A stretch of 64,000 bases of DNA from a virus. The DNA lies in the IMG/VR virus record IMGVR_UViG_3300046171_000225, positions 1-64,000 of that record; one strand, written 5' to 3'. This document shows, piece by piece, positions 43,374-54,600 of the stretch (the stretch's first letter is position 1; every line of letters begins with the position of its first letter). The notes beneath the pieces are model-generated. The model saw only the letters and a list, made by a program, of their open reading frames with translations, did no database searches and was not told the origin of the DNA. The translations under genes and the position numbers were made by a program.

Positions 43374-44274
43374 TAGGAAGTACACCAGAATACCAAACGC
43401 TGATAGCCTGCTGAAAGACGTCTCTTTTATGCCATCCACCGTAGAGACGATTGATAGGGCTATGTTTAGGTTTGTTGATGAAGATCTAAATCTTTTTACC
43501 ACAACAAACAAAGGGTCAGAAAAGGTGCCAGTTCTATGGGTCTCAGCTGAGAGGTCTTTTCAGATCAAGAGGGATAAGGGACTAAGAGACTCTAACGGAG
43601 TTCTGAAGCTCCCCATTATAACTGTCGAAAGAAAGAGTATGGAGAAAGATCCTAATTTCAAGGGAGTTGCGTGGTCACATATTCCAGAATTTAACGATGA
43701 AAAAGGCGGTGCTCTTGTTGTTGCGAGAAGAATAAACCAAGAGAAAACATCAAATTTTATAAATGCAGACTCCGCAAAACTAAGAGGATCAATGACGGAT
43801 CCAAATGTAGGTACAGGCCAACAAAACTTTCCATCTTCAGCAACAGCCAAAGTTGTTTACGAAACAATCTCTATCCCTGTACCGACATATGTTGCGGTAA
43901 ACTACGACATAACTATTAGAACCGAGTATCAGCAGCAGATAAATGATCTTATTACACCCTTCATCACTAGAACAGGTCAAGTAAGAGCAATTGACCTAAA
44001 ACACGAAGGCCATAAGTACGAAGCCTTTATTGGTGGCAATTTTACTCAAGCAAGTAACGTAGCGCAGATGAATGATCAAGAAAGAATGTATGAAACTTCT
44101 GTCTCCGTTAAAGTACTGGGCTACTTAATAGGCGAGGGTCCGAATAGGGAGCGTCCAAAGTTAACAGTCAGAGAGAACGCTGTCGAAGTAAAAATCCCTA
44201 GAGAAAGAGTAATTGTTGGCGACATACCGGACTTTGACGCGACAATGTCTATTCCATTGTTTTATAAAGAGTAA
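43363..44274 (+). CDS. Tail completion/sheath terminator (gp15-like)
   Basis: KVPVLWVSAER, LPIITVER, PVPTYVAVNYDITI; precedes sheath. Confidence 0.75.
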   Translation: MAPDRKYTRIPNADSLLKDVSFMPSTVETIDRAMFRFVDEDLNLFTTTNKGSEKVPVLWVSAERSFQIKRDKGLRDSNGVLKLPIITVERKSMEKDPNFKGVAWSHIPEFNDEKGGALVVARRINQEKTSNFINADSAKLRGSMTDPNVGTGQQNFPSSATAKVVYETISIPVPTYVAVNYDITIRTEYQQQINDLITPFITRTGQVRAIDLKHEGHKYEAFIGGNFTQASNVAQMNDQERMYETSVSVKVLGYLIGEGPNRERPKLTVRENAVEVKIPRERVIVGDIPDFDATMSIPLFYKE

Positions 44275-44341
44275 TTTAGGGCTTTGGGCTTTTAAAATAC
44301 TATTTATTACGTGAATATATCTATTTAGGAGATCATACCCT

Positions 44342-47266
44342 ATGGCTGAAAAAAAGTTTAGATTTGTGTCACCAGGAATTTTTATTAACGAGGTTGATAA
44401 CTCACAACTTCCAAACGATTTACCTGATGTTGGACCTATCATCATCGGACGAGCAGAGTACGGCCCTGCGATGCGTCCAATCAGAATTAACTCACCTTCA
44501 GAGTTCGTTGAATTCTACGGTAACCCAATTGCCGGTGGTCGTGGCGATGACGTTTGGAGAGATGGAAACTATGTAGGCCCTACATACGGTGCTTACGCAG
44601 CTATGGCTTACCTCAGAGCAGGTGTTGGTCCTGTAAACTACGTTAGACTATTGGGTGCTGATACTGCAACTGCAACTGGCAACGGACAAGCAGGTTGGGG
44701 CACTGGTGGCGGAGCCTCTAATGAGATGGCTACTAATAAAACAGCACTAGGGCTCTTCTTATTCAACTCTTCCTCAGCTACCATGTACGATAATGATATT
44801 GGCACTGGTAATCTGGCTGCTGTATTTTACACTAATGGAGCTACTGTTGGCCTTGTTGGAAAGAATGGAGGTACCGCTTCCGACGAAGGCGTATTAGGTC
44901 TCATCGAATCTTCCGGTGATGGCCTAGAATTCACCGCAGCTGTGTCAGGGAGTGACAATACCCAATATAAGACGTCATTTAACTTTGATAGAAACTCTTC
45001 CAAGTACATTAGAAAAGTTTTTAATACCAATCCGCAATTGGTGCAAAGTGGGAGAGGAGCAACTCACACAAAAGCTTCTGACATTAGAAACTTAGCTGAT
45101 AAGTATTTCCTTGGAGAAACTTTTGAGAGATTTGCAACTTTAAGCACTACCGAAGGCGGTAATATCGCCAACACTAGTGCTGGTAAAGTGTATGGAATAA
45201 TCGTTCCTCTCGGCAAGACAACTTCTGAGGCTGATAACTTCGGATACAAGAGAAGAGGATTTGAAGACGGTCAAACAGGATTTGTTTTTTCACAAGATAC
45301 CTCAACTACTTCCACTGGGTTTGACGCAGTGAGTAGAACTCAACCCCTCTTCAAGATAAAAGCGCTTAATCATGCTGAGTGGGCCTCAAAGAATCTTAAG
45401 GTGTCTATCTCTGACATTAGAGCTGCTAGGAATGATATTGATGGATACGGCACCTTCACTGTTGAAGTTAGAATGGCAGGCGATAGCGATAATGTCCCAG
45501 AGATAATCGAACAATTCACCGGTTGTAACTTGAACCCTGCGTCAGAAGACTACATTGCTAAGAAAATTGGTGATAAGTACCTAGAGTGGAGAGAGTCAGA
45601 GCGTAGGCTAGTTCAGAGAGGCGAGTTTAATAACCAGTCTAAATACGTTTATATAGAAATGAATCAGCTAGTTGCTGATGGTTTGGCACCTCAGTCCTTG
45701 GTACCATTTGGCTTCTTCGGCCCAGTTAAGCCTAAGAACTTCTCTGTCTTCTCTGGAAGTGTTCACACATTCTTGAGTGGTGCTGGAGTTAACACGACAA
45801 GTACAAAAATAACGACTTTTGCGACCGGCACTTTTGCAGTGACAGGCGGATATGGAGTTTCTTCACCAGCAGTTGGTGGTGCGTTCATGCAGCAGATCGC
45901 AGACGGGTCAGGAAATGAGTTTACTGCTTCATTTGCATTCCCAAGTCTTTCTCTTCGCGAAAAGGCTTCTGATGGTGGAATGTCAGATCCAACAAGAGCA
46001 TATTTTGGTATTCAGACAACAATTACAAAAGACTCAATTAGATTTGACCCTGGATACGCTGATTATGTAAGAGGTGCTCCTGGCTCCGCTGGCGTCTTCA
46101 CTACTGGCTCTTCCTTCGAGTACTCATTCGTGTTTACTCTTGATGATGTTAAGAGCGGCGGTGAGTATGTCTCAGGCTCCAGATTGGCAGGAACTTCTAT
46201 CTCAGCCGTTAATAGCTCCCATAAGAACACTCTTGATAGCGGCTACAACAGATTCACAATGCCACTATGGGGTGGTCACGATGGTGTTGATATCAGTGAG
46301 CAGGAGCCATTTAACAATGTGGCTATCGGTAGCACTGCTAATCAAGATACAAGCTATGCTTACAACACTGTTAAGAGAGCAATTGATACCGTTGCAGACC
46401 CAGAGTTTGTAGAGGCTAACATTCTTTCTGTTCCAGGCGTAACACAGCCTATTGTTACAGATCATGTTCTTTCAGTTGCTGAAGGTCGAGCAGACTGTCT
46501 AGCAGTTATCGACATTCAGAATGTTTACGACCCTTCAACAGAGTCTACAAATACTTTTGCAGATAGAGTTGGATCAGTTTCAAGTGCCGTCTCCTCTCTA
46601 GAGCAGAGAAGAATTAACTCAAGCTACGGCTGTACATTCTACCCATGGGTTAGAATTAGAGACGACATTTCTAATGCTTCACTTTGGGTACCTCCTTCAG
46701 TCATCGCGATTGGTACATTTGCTTCCTCCGAGGCAAGAGCAGAGCTATGGTTTGCTCCAGCTGGATTCACAAGAGGTGGCTTGAGCACTGGAGCGGGTGG
46801 CTTCCCTGTACTCTCCACAACAGAGAGATTGAGAAGAGAAGACAGAGATGATCTATACGAAGTCAATGTCAACCCAATTGCTACATTCCCATCAGAGGGT
46901 ATCGTGGTCTTTGGCCAGAAGACACTTCAGGTAACTCCTTCTGCTCTTGACAGAATCAATGTTCGTAGACTTCTCATCTTCCTCAAGAAGAGAATTTCAA
47001 GAATCGCTGCATCGATCTTGTTCGACCAGAATGTTAGAACAACTTGGACTAGATTCAAGGCTGAGGCTGACAAGTTCCTCGGCTCTGTCCAAGCAAGACT
47101 CGGCCTTTCAGAGTTCAGAGTTCTTCTTGACGAGACAACTACAACACCAGATTTAGTAGATAGAAACATTTTGTACGCTAAGATTTTCCTCAAGCCTGCA
47201 AGATCTATTGAGTTCATCGCAATTGACTTTGTCATCACAAGGTCTGGTGCTTCTTTTGACGACTAA
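44342..47266 (+). CDS. Contractile tail sheath protein
   Basis: VSPGIFINEVD, WFAPAGFTRGGL, GQKTLQ..SALDRINVRRL, IFLKPARSIEFI. Confidence 0.95.
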   Translation: MAEKKFRFVSPGIFINEVDNSQLPNDLPDVGPIIIGRAEYGPAMRPIRINSPSEFVEFYGNPIAGGRGDDVWRDGNYVGPTYGAYAAMAYLRAGVGPVNYVRLLGADTATATGNGQAGWGTGGGASNEMATNKTALGLFLFNSSSATMYDNDIGTGNLAAVFYTNGATVGLVGKNGGTASDEGVLGLIESSGDGLEFTAAVSGSDNTQYKTSFNFDRNSSKYIRKVFNTNPQLVQSGRGATHTKASDIRNLADKYFLGETFERFATLSTTEGGNIANTSAGKVYGIIVPLGKTTSEADNFGYKRRGFEDGQTGFVFSQDTSTTSTGFDAVSRTQPLFKIKALNHAEWASKNLKVSISDIRAARNDIDGYGTFTVEVRMAGDSDNVPEIIEQFTGCNLNPASEDYIAKKIGDKYLEWRESERRLVQRGEFNNQSKYVYIEMNQLVADGLAPQSLVPFGFFGPVKPKNFSVFSGSVHTFLSGAGVNTTSTKITTFATGTFAVTGGYGVSSPAVGGAFMQQIADGSGNEFTASFAFPSLSLREKASDGGMSDPTRAYFGIQTTITKDSIRFDPGYADYVRGAPGSAGVFTTGSSFEYSFVFTLDDVKSGGEYVSGSRLAGTSISAVNSSHKNTLDSGYNRFTMPLWGGHDGVDISEQEPFNNVAIGSTANQDTSYAYNTVKRAIDTVADPEFVEANILSVPGVTQPIVTDHVLSVAEGRADCLAVIDIQNVYDPSTESTNTFADRVGSVSSAVSSLEQRRINSSYGCTFYPWVRIRDDISNASLWVPPSVIAIGTFASSEARAELWFAPAGFTRGGLSTGAGGFPVLSTTERLRREDRDDLYEVNVNPIATFPSEGIVVFGQKTLQVTPSALDRINVRRLLIFLKKRISRIAASILFDQNVRTTWTRFKAEADKFLGSVQARLGLSEFRVLLDETTTTPDLVDRNILYAKIFLKPARSIEFIAIDFVITRSGASFDD

Positions 47267-47312
47267 AAATAAATTTTAAACTAATTACATTAGATAAGGG
47301 AGACAACAACTC

Positions 47313-47838
47313 ATGGCATCAGGTTTCTGGACATCCACAGATGTTTCACCAAAAAGAAAGTTTAGGTTTTTGCTTACCATTGGTAACATGCCTAATGGAG
47401 CTACGTGGTACACGAAAAGTGTTAACAAGCCAAAAGTGAGCATTAACTCTGTCGATCACAAGTTTTTGAACCACACTTTCAAATACCCTGGAAGTGTGAC
47501 TTGGAACGACATTACAGTTACTCTTGTCGACCCAGTTAGCCCTGATGCTGCTGCAAACCTCTCTAGAATTATACGAGAGTCGGGTTACCGCCCTCCTGTG
47601 GACGTTAACGATACTACTACAATATCTAAAAAGAACGCTGTAGAGGCTCTTGGTGCTGTTGTTATCACCCAGATTGACTCTGAGGGTGAGCCAGTCGAGA
47701 CATGGACACTTAACAATGCTTTCATTCTAGATGTCAACTATGGAGGCGATCTTGGCATACGGCTCAGATGATCTGACTGACGTCACAATCATATTCAAAT
47801 ACGATTGGGCTTCTATTGAGACAGCTAATCGCATCTGA
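47313..47838 (+). CDS. Tail tube protein (gp19-like); indel near 47754 (possibly a second, extending the gene to 47899)
   Basis: PKRKFRF, W.DITVTLVDPVSP, VETWTL. The conserved C-terminus AYGSDDLTDVTIIFKYDWA lies in another frame. Confidence 0.85.
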
Positions 47839-47915
47839 GGCTGGCCCACTCCTTGGTGAGGCTTCCAGCAGATACTGGATGCCTGGACAGTCAAGCTAAT
47901 TAGAAGAGGTGTTTT

Positions 47916-48740
47916 TTGACTAGAAGAAATAACCGGGCTAGGACAAGCTCTCCTGCCCCATTCGTGGCCGATGCTGGCCCGAAGCCACAGATAGACATGG
48001 CAAATCCCACAGAGTTTGTGGCTTTGCCTACCGGTGGCAAACTATATCCTCCTGGCCATCCTTTCTATCTGAGAGAGGAAGTAGAAATAAGATTCATGAC
48101 AGCAAAGCATGAAGACATTCTTTCTTCACAGGCACTCATTACAAGAGGAGTGGTACTTGACAGGCTCTTAGAGGCCCTTCTGGTCGATGATGTCGATGTC
48201 GATACCCTCTTGACTGGGGACAGAAATGCCATCTTCCTAGCGGCTAGAATCACGGCCTATGGCTCTGAATATCCTACTATCATAACATGCCCCTCATGTG
48301 GTGCAAAGAATGAATCTGAAGTAGATTTAAATACTTTTACACTTAGAGAGATACCAGAAGATATCCGACTCACAGAGAACGGAACATTCCTTGTAAAGCT
48401 ACCAAGATCTGGTAGAGAGCTAGAGATCAAGTGTTTGAGTATGAGAGAGCAAGAATACTTAACTAAGAATGCAGAAGCAAGAAGAAAGAATAATTTACCA
48501 GAAACTGCTAGAACTGACTTTTTGAAAATGGTTGTTGTTTCTATTGATGGAGAAACAAGTAAAACTATGATCAACTCTTTTATTAATGGACTACCAGCCG
48601 GTGACTCCTTACATCTAAGAAAAGTATACTCCTCCGTATCTCCTGACATAGACACAAAGCAAGATTACGAATGCCCCTCTTGCGGCACTACAACGGCTCT
48701 TGAGGTGCCGTTGGGTCTTAGCTTTTTTTGGCCTGTCTAA
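47916..48740 (+). CDS. Baseplate hub/tail assembly chaperone (T4 gp26-like)
   Basis: VALPTGGKLYP, MTAKHEDIL, GDRNAIFLAARITAYG, two CPSCG motifs; ends FFWPV. Confidence 0.8.
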   Translation: MTRRNNRARTSSPAPFVADAGPKPQIDMANPTEFVALPTGGKLYPPGHPFYLREEVEIRFMTAKHEDILSSQALITRGVVLDRLLEALLVDDVDVDTLLTGDRNAIFLAARITAYGSEYPTIITCPSCGAKNESEVDLNTFTLREIPEDIRLTENGTFLVKLPRSGRELEIKCLSMREQEYLTKNAEARRKNNLPETARTDFLKMVVVSIDGETSKTMINSFINGLPAGDSLHLRKVYSSVSPDIDTKQDYECPSCGTTTALEVPLGLSFFWPV

Positions 48741-48906
48741 TAATTACATAGAGCAAGTCTATGAGCAGTTTTTCTTCCTGTCTTACCATGGAGGATGGTC
48801 TTTCATGGAAGCCTATAATCTCCCTATCCCGATCCGAGATTGGTTTGTTAAGCGACTTATAAAGCAAAAGAAGCAAGAAATGCCCCAGGATAAACAAGAA
48901 GCATAA
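48723..48906 (+). CDS. Frameshift-accessed tail chaperone extension (GT-like)
   Basis: Overlapping frame FFGLSNNYIEQVYEQFFFLSYHGGWSFMEAYNLPIPIRDWFVKRL, entered at the T7 run 48723..48729; directly before tape measure. Confidence 0.65.
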
Positions 48907-48948
48907 TATTGTATTCTATACTATTTATAGTGATGGGGGCGTCTTAAT

Positions 48949-50481
48949 ATGATAGAACAAGTTCTGATAGATCAAGTTAAAGAGGCAATAAAAGACGGCT
49001 TCGCAGAGGTTGCAAGGTCTAACCCTGATGCCGTCCGAAAAGTCGTGGGAGGAGTGCAAGATGCTCAAGACCTAATTGATAATCTTAAACCTGAACTGTT
49101 AGAGCAAAACTTAAACCTTTTTAAGGGTCTGGGTACAGGTGCAGTCGAACTAACTGAAGGTATGTTGGGGTTATCGGTTGCCAGTAAAGCGCTGAGTACG
49201 GATCTTAATGCTTTGTCAGATCCATTTTTTGCAGTGGGGCAACAAGCAAAGGAAGCAGCAATACAATTTAATGCTGCTACTGGTTTTGGTGGTGAGTTTG
49301 ATGATGCTATTTTTTCTTTGAGAGAAAGCTTAAAAGGGTTTCCAGTCGATGCTCAGGATGTAAGTCAAGCAACCCAGCAACTATCTAAAGGGTTTACTGA
49401 CTTTACTCTTGGGGGGATTGGCCCAGCAGAAGAACGTATAGCAAAAACTGTAACTATACTTGGAAAGTTGGGCGCATCCATAGAAGACCAAACTACAATT
49501 GTTCAAGGCCTTAGAAAAGGTTTTTCTCAATCAGATGCTCAAATAGATATGTCTTTGAGAGAATTTGAAGCTCTGGCGGATACAATAAATGTAGATGTTG
49601 GGACAGTTATGTCCAACTTCGCAGCTCAAATTCCATTATTTGGAGCGTTTGGAGATAATGCAGTTAGTGCATTTAGAAGGCTGCAAATACAATCAAAAGG
49701 CACAGGATTGGAACTTAATAAGCTAGTTGGGATCAGTGAGAAGTTCACAACCTTTGAAGGGGCTACAGGTACAATTGGACAACTTAATCAATTACTTGGA
49801 GATATTGGGCTTTTGCCGACCGATCTTGTTGCAGCAGCAATGGAAGATCCTGCAGAAGCTGTGGCTCTGCTACAAGAAGCTCTTGGTGGCTTTGACGTAG
49901 AAAACCTTGGCGGAGGTATGAAGAGAGTTTTGGCAGACATCCTTGGTTTTGGAAATGATATCACAGGGTTTATCTCTTTTGCCAGAGGCAGCACTGATGC
50001 TCTTGAAGAACTGGGAATGCAAGCTGCTAAAACAGACACTGAGCTTCTTGACAGTATTAGGAAGGGCACTGATCCTGGGGCTATGGCGACAGCTATGGGA
50101 AGACTAGGGCTTTCTGTGGACGGCGTGGCAGAGCAAATATCAATACTTGAAGATGTAACTTTCGATAAAGCTATCACAGGAGCAGCGACACTCAGAGAAA
50201 CGATGGGAGCGATAAGTTTAGAGGCTGTAAAAACAAATGAAGCTGTACAAAAAATCTTACAGAAGGCAGGAAAAAATCCAATCACGACTCTGACAGACAA
50301 AGTAGATAGTCTTACGGGTGTTGATGTAAACGCACAGCTTACTCGAATCATAGAAGCAGAAAGAGAAGAGATGAAAAAAGCTCTTGTAGACTCTATTTCT
50401 AATATACAGGTCCATGTTTATCTAGACAGAAGCCAGTTGGCACAACAGATAGCCGCAGAATTTAGCACTGGAGGTATGTAG
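48949..50481 (+). CDS. Tape-measure-like protein
   Basis: Ala/Gly/Leu-rich helical protein after the chaperone; ACTATTTA at 48920. Confidence 0.7.
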   Translation: MIEQVLIDQVKEAIKDGFAEVARSNPDAVRKVVGGVQDAQDLIDNLKPELLEQNLNLFKGLGTGAVELTEGMLGLSVASKALSTDLNALSDPFFAVGQQAKEAAIQFNAATGFGGEFDDAIFSLRESLKGFPVDAQDVSQATQQLSKGFTDFTLGGIGPAEERIAKTVTILGKLGASIEDQTTIVQGLRKGFSQSDAQIDMSLREFEALADTINVDVGTVMSNFAAQIPLFGAFGDNAVSAFRRLQIQSKGTGLELNKLVGISEKFTTFEGATGTIGQLNQLLGDIGLLPTDLVAAAMEDPAEAVALLQEALGGFDVENLGGGMKRVLADILGFGNDITGFISFARGSTDALEELGMQAAKTDTELLDSIRKGTDPGAMATAMGRLGLSVDGVAEQISILEDVTFDKAITGAATLRETMGAISLEAVKTNEAVQKILQKAGKNPITTLTDKVDSLTGVDVNAQLTRIIEAEREEMKKALVDSISNIQVHVYLDRSQLAQQIAAEFSTGGM

Positions 50482-50483
50482 TA

Positions 50484-51290
50484 ATGGTTGCATTTAGCAC
50501 AGATCCATCTGATGTCCTAGAATCAAAAGGTCAAGTTTTAGAATTTTATCAAACTTTTTCTGGTGCTAATGTTGCTTTTAAGGCTTTTCTAAAGAATTAT
50601 TCTGAGACCTTTAACAGTGCTTGGACCCAGTCCCAAACACTTGGTCGTCCTGATCCCATTCAGACATTTCGTGGAACCAGCAGGTCGATACAACTTGGGT
50701 GGGTAGTCCCGGCCTTTGATCTACAAGACGCAGAAGCAAACTTAGTTAAAACTTCTACATTAGCTAGAATGTTATATCCCGAGTATTCTAAAATTGACAA
50801 CGCCTCAACTATGTCAAAAGGTCCATTAATAAAGATTAAATTTGCTAACTTAATCTTTGATGCCTCCAGAGGCCCAGCTGGAGATGTACGAACATCTGGT
50901 CTATTGGGAGTGATAACTTCTTATGCTTGGAACCCTATTATAGACGAGGGATTCTTTGACCCTGGAAAAAATCTTTTCCCCAAAGCTATTACACTTTCTA
51001 TAAACTTTAATGTCCTACATCAACATACTCTTGGTTGGGAAAAGGCAGAAGCCGTCCAGCTTTCGGAAAGAAGGAGAAACGGTAAGGAAAGAAAACGAGA
51101 TGTAAACAAAGTCAACGAAAGAAGAGAAGCGAATGCTTCAAACGCAGCGCCCGAATGGGGCTCAGATGCTGCTCTTTTCCCGTGGTCAGCAGGGTTGCAG
51201 AGAGCAAATACTATAATTGGCACAAACACTGTTGGCGATAACCCTACAATAGAACAAGCAAATGATGAAGTTTTAGGGGGAAATGACTAA
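50484..51290 (+). CDS. Baseplate/tail-tube initiator-like protein
   Basis: FKAFLKNYSETFNSAW..GRPDPIQTF.GTSRSI..LYP motifs. Confidence 0.65.
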   Translation: MVAFSTDPSDVLESKGQVLEFYQTFSGANVAFKAFLKNYSETFNSAWTQSQTLGRPDPIQTFRGTSRSIQLGWVVPAFDLQDAEANLVKTSTLARMLYPEYSKIDNASTMSKGPLIKIKFANLIFDASRGPAGDVRTSGLLGVITSYAWNPIIDEGFFDPGKNLFPKAITLSINFNVLHQHTLGWEKAEAVQLSERRRNGKERKRDVNKVNERREANASNAAPEWGSDAALFPWSAGLQRANTIIGTNTVGDNPTIEQANDEVLGGND

Positions 51291-51625
51291 TGTCTAGATA
51301 TTTTGGTAGAACTAAATTTTTTAACAACAAAAGAATGTATGAAGATACGTTCCAAGAACGTGGAGTAGAAGGCATTCAGCAGTATACAACACCAAACTTG
51401 AAGCACATAACAAAAGATCAAATTGCTTCTCTGACTGTCATAAGCCATGTTTGGAAAACAGGAGATAGGTTTTTTAAGCTTGCTCACGATCACTATGGCG
51501 ATTCTACTAAGTGGTGGGTGATAGCTTGGTACAACAGAACTCCAACTGAAAGTCACGTAAAATACGGTGATATAATCTATATACCACACCCTCTAGAACA
51601 AGTGTTAATATATCTAGGAGTTTAG
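51290..51625 (+). CDS. LysM/gp53-like baseplate protein
   Basis: HVWKTGDRFFKLAHDHYGDSTKWWVIAWYN..GDIIYIP. Confidence 0.8.
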   Translation: MSRYFGRTKFFNNKRMYEDTFQERGVEGIQQYTTPNLKHITKDQIASLTVISHVWKTGDRFFKLAHDHYGDSTKWWVIAWYNRTPTESHVKYGDIIYIPHPLEQVLIYLGV

Positions 51626-51626
51626 G

Positions 51627-54600
51627 ATGTCAGACAGAGAATCGGTAGACCCAAGACAGCAGGTGCCGAACGAACAACAATCTGAAGTTACGCAAGTCCC
51701 ACAGGGGCTTGATCTTAGTCTATATGATATTGACGTCTCTGAGCCTTTTGGGTTTGGTACAGGACGTGACGACCCCCAACATCCTTCGATCATTTACGAT
51801 AAAGAAACAGGGTTTGCTATAAACAATAACCCAGTAGATGGCGAGTTTGGAGATCCGAGAGTCAGAGATCTTCAAATCTTAATGATTAACGAGCTAGATT
51901 CTAAAGGTAGAACGAATCAGCCAAGTGATGTACTCCCAGACTTTGGTGTTGATGGCATTTGGCGCTGCGAGACCCAGGCTGCGTTCAACAGGCTCTTAGA
52001 TGAAAAAGGTGTACAAAATAAAACAGTTGGTAATTCTGAAAGCTACGACTGTCCCGGATTGGAGCAGTTTGTTTTAGATGAGAAAACTCTTGAACAGCTA
52101 AAAGGAAAAAAGGGCGAGGAAGAAAGTTCAACCTCAAAAGATGGAGGTGCAACTGATAAAGACGCAGAAGCAGCAAATGAAGTAGTAGATCTGAACGATC
52201 AATGTATCGTTATATCAAACTTAAGGCAGATTCTTAAAGAAAGCAGTGCTCCAAAAGGAGATAAATATCCATCTTTCTTTATGGGATCGGCAGACGAGTC
52301 ATTGAGTAGGGATCAGATAAGGTACAACAGGATACACAAAATAACTACAACAGACCCTGCCACAATGATGAACAGATTGCGGATGACCAGGGGTGCCCTA
52401 GAGTTCTTGGGCATTAGGCATTGGCAACTTTCTCAGCTTGTTCCCACTATTAGAATCTATAAGCAATACCCGCAAGGTAAAAATAAACCACCGAGAGAGG
52501 TGGAAATCAAATTTAATTCTTTTGTAGATCCAATAACTGATTTACAAGACATGCTTAATAGTAGAGAACAAAGAGGTGTAGGAGTTGGAATTGAGTATCT
52601 TCAATATAGTCTAATAGGTCCTAACCCAGACGTAGCAAAAAAGCAGGTAATTGGAAAATTAGCTATTTATGCTCAAAACTTTAACGAACTTTTTAAAACA
52701 AGGAGAGGCTTTGATCAAGACGGCGTAGAATTTGAGGGAGGATATAGAATCATAGACCTTCTCCTGCAATCTTTAGGAACTGCGGGTAGAATAAACGATC
52801 CAAATAATTATTCCTTAAAAATAGTTGTTGGATGGGGCGCTAGTGGAGGCGGAGGTATTTTAGAACCAGCGTTAGTAAGTGCGATAAAAGAAATGCAACT
52901 CACAACGATTGTTTCTGTAGGAGACTATGATATTGACATTCAAGATGATCAAGGCGGCTCTGTCAGGGTGGTACTAGATTTTTATCCAAGATTAGAAGCA
53001 GTCACTCTTGCTCGGGGCTCAGATGTTCTTGCCGATGAAGCAACAAGAAAAAAAAGAAAACAAAGAAAAAACATCTTTGATAAATTAGTAAGAAGTGAAA
53101 AACTTGTAGACCCTGAAAAGCCTGATGGAGGCAGTGAAAGGTGTCTTTCTGCGGAACAGACAAGAGAACTGAAAGCTTCTTATGACAAGGATGTCCGCAG
53201 AGATATACAAAATTCTCAATCCACACTCTTAAGAAAATTACAAGAATCTAATCTTATTTACTCGCTAATATTACGCACACCAACAGACGAAGAGGTCAAA
53301 GAGCAGATTAATGCTATAGCTACACAAACAGCCAGCTCGCTAACAGGGGAGCTTGCAGGCAGTTTAGATTTAGCGAGGCTCATGCTTGAGTTTAAAAAGA
53401 ATCAAGTAGTAGAAGTTTTAAATGATCCCTTTAATGATGAAAGACTGAAAAATGACAGAGACTTGCTATTAAACCCAGAGACACGCATGGTTCAGTATTT
53501 CTTCTTAGGAGATTTGCTTGCTGTAGCTTTGGATAATGTTTTTGAAGGCGAAGACAAAGATATTTATCTTGGAAATGTTAAATATATTATGGGACCGGTT
53601 ACTTTCCGGGATAATAATGGGCAAGACATAACAATAAATATAGCGGATATTCCCATATCGGTTGACCTGTTTGTAGATTTCATGGCTAAAAAAATGCCAA
53701 CAGGGATAGAATCAGGAACAGCTTATCCTCTCTATCTGTTTACAAGAGACGTTGTAAAAGACTTAGCGTTTGAAGCGTTTGGGCCTGAATGTAATTTTGG
53801 ATTAGACAGAAAAAATGTTGTCTTAGCAACTGATATTATGGGAGTTGATTCTGGGAGTGGAGGGACAGATCAACTAGATTCAAAATACAACGTAAAGGGG
53901 TCTGTTGATGGTCGTAAAAAAGATAGAAAATCAAAAGATTCTTCCCAAAACGTAGAGATGAATTCAAAAAATGGTTCGGGATTGTTAGACATTGACCAAT
54001 TTAAGATCGATTTTGACAACCCAGATAATAGTACATTCATTTTTGATACAAGAAACCAAAAGAGCCTAAGAGATAGATATACTTACCTTGTAATCTATGC
54101 CAATACTGAAGACCCAGATTTGGGACCGCCGAGCGAAGGTGAGACTAGGTTCCGTAGAGATGCTGCACAAGGAGTTTACCATGTAACTAGTGGCTTAGAT
54201 CGTGGACTGTTGAAAAGTGTGTCATTTAGTAAGGCTAGTAATACCTCTAAATATTTGAGAGCTACTCGTGTACAACAAAACAGAGAGTTACCGGACCTTC
54301 AACTAGCAAATTATTTCGAAATTACTGCCGAGATGTATGGGAATGCTTTATTTTGGCCAGGAAGCTATATCTACCTGAACACAAGAGGTCTAGGGTCAGA
54401 CCTCTTGGGAGACCCCTCTGATAATCAGACTCCGTCTCCATCGAACATTCTTGGAATTGGTGGTTACCACCAGATCAAAAGAATTGATAATACAATAAAC
54501 ACCTCCGGATTTAACACTAAAGTGTCTGCTCTATTTTTTAAAAGTGGAGATGGCCGACCTAAAAATCTGGTTAAGAGCCCGACTCCACCAGAGCTTGTTA

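Noticed and set aside
47750-47840. Programmed frameshift in the tail tube gene
   Set aside because: There is no slippery sequence and the conserved essential C-terminus is out of frame. An extra-base error, like those at 6.8-8.9 kb, explains it better.
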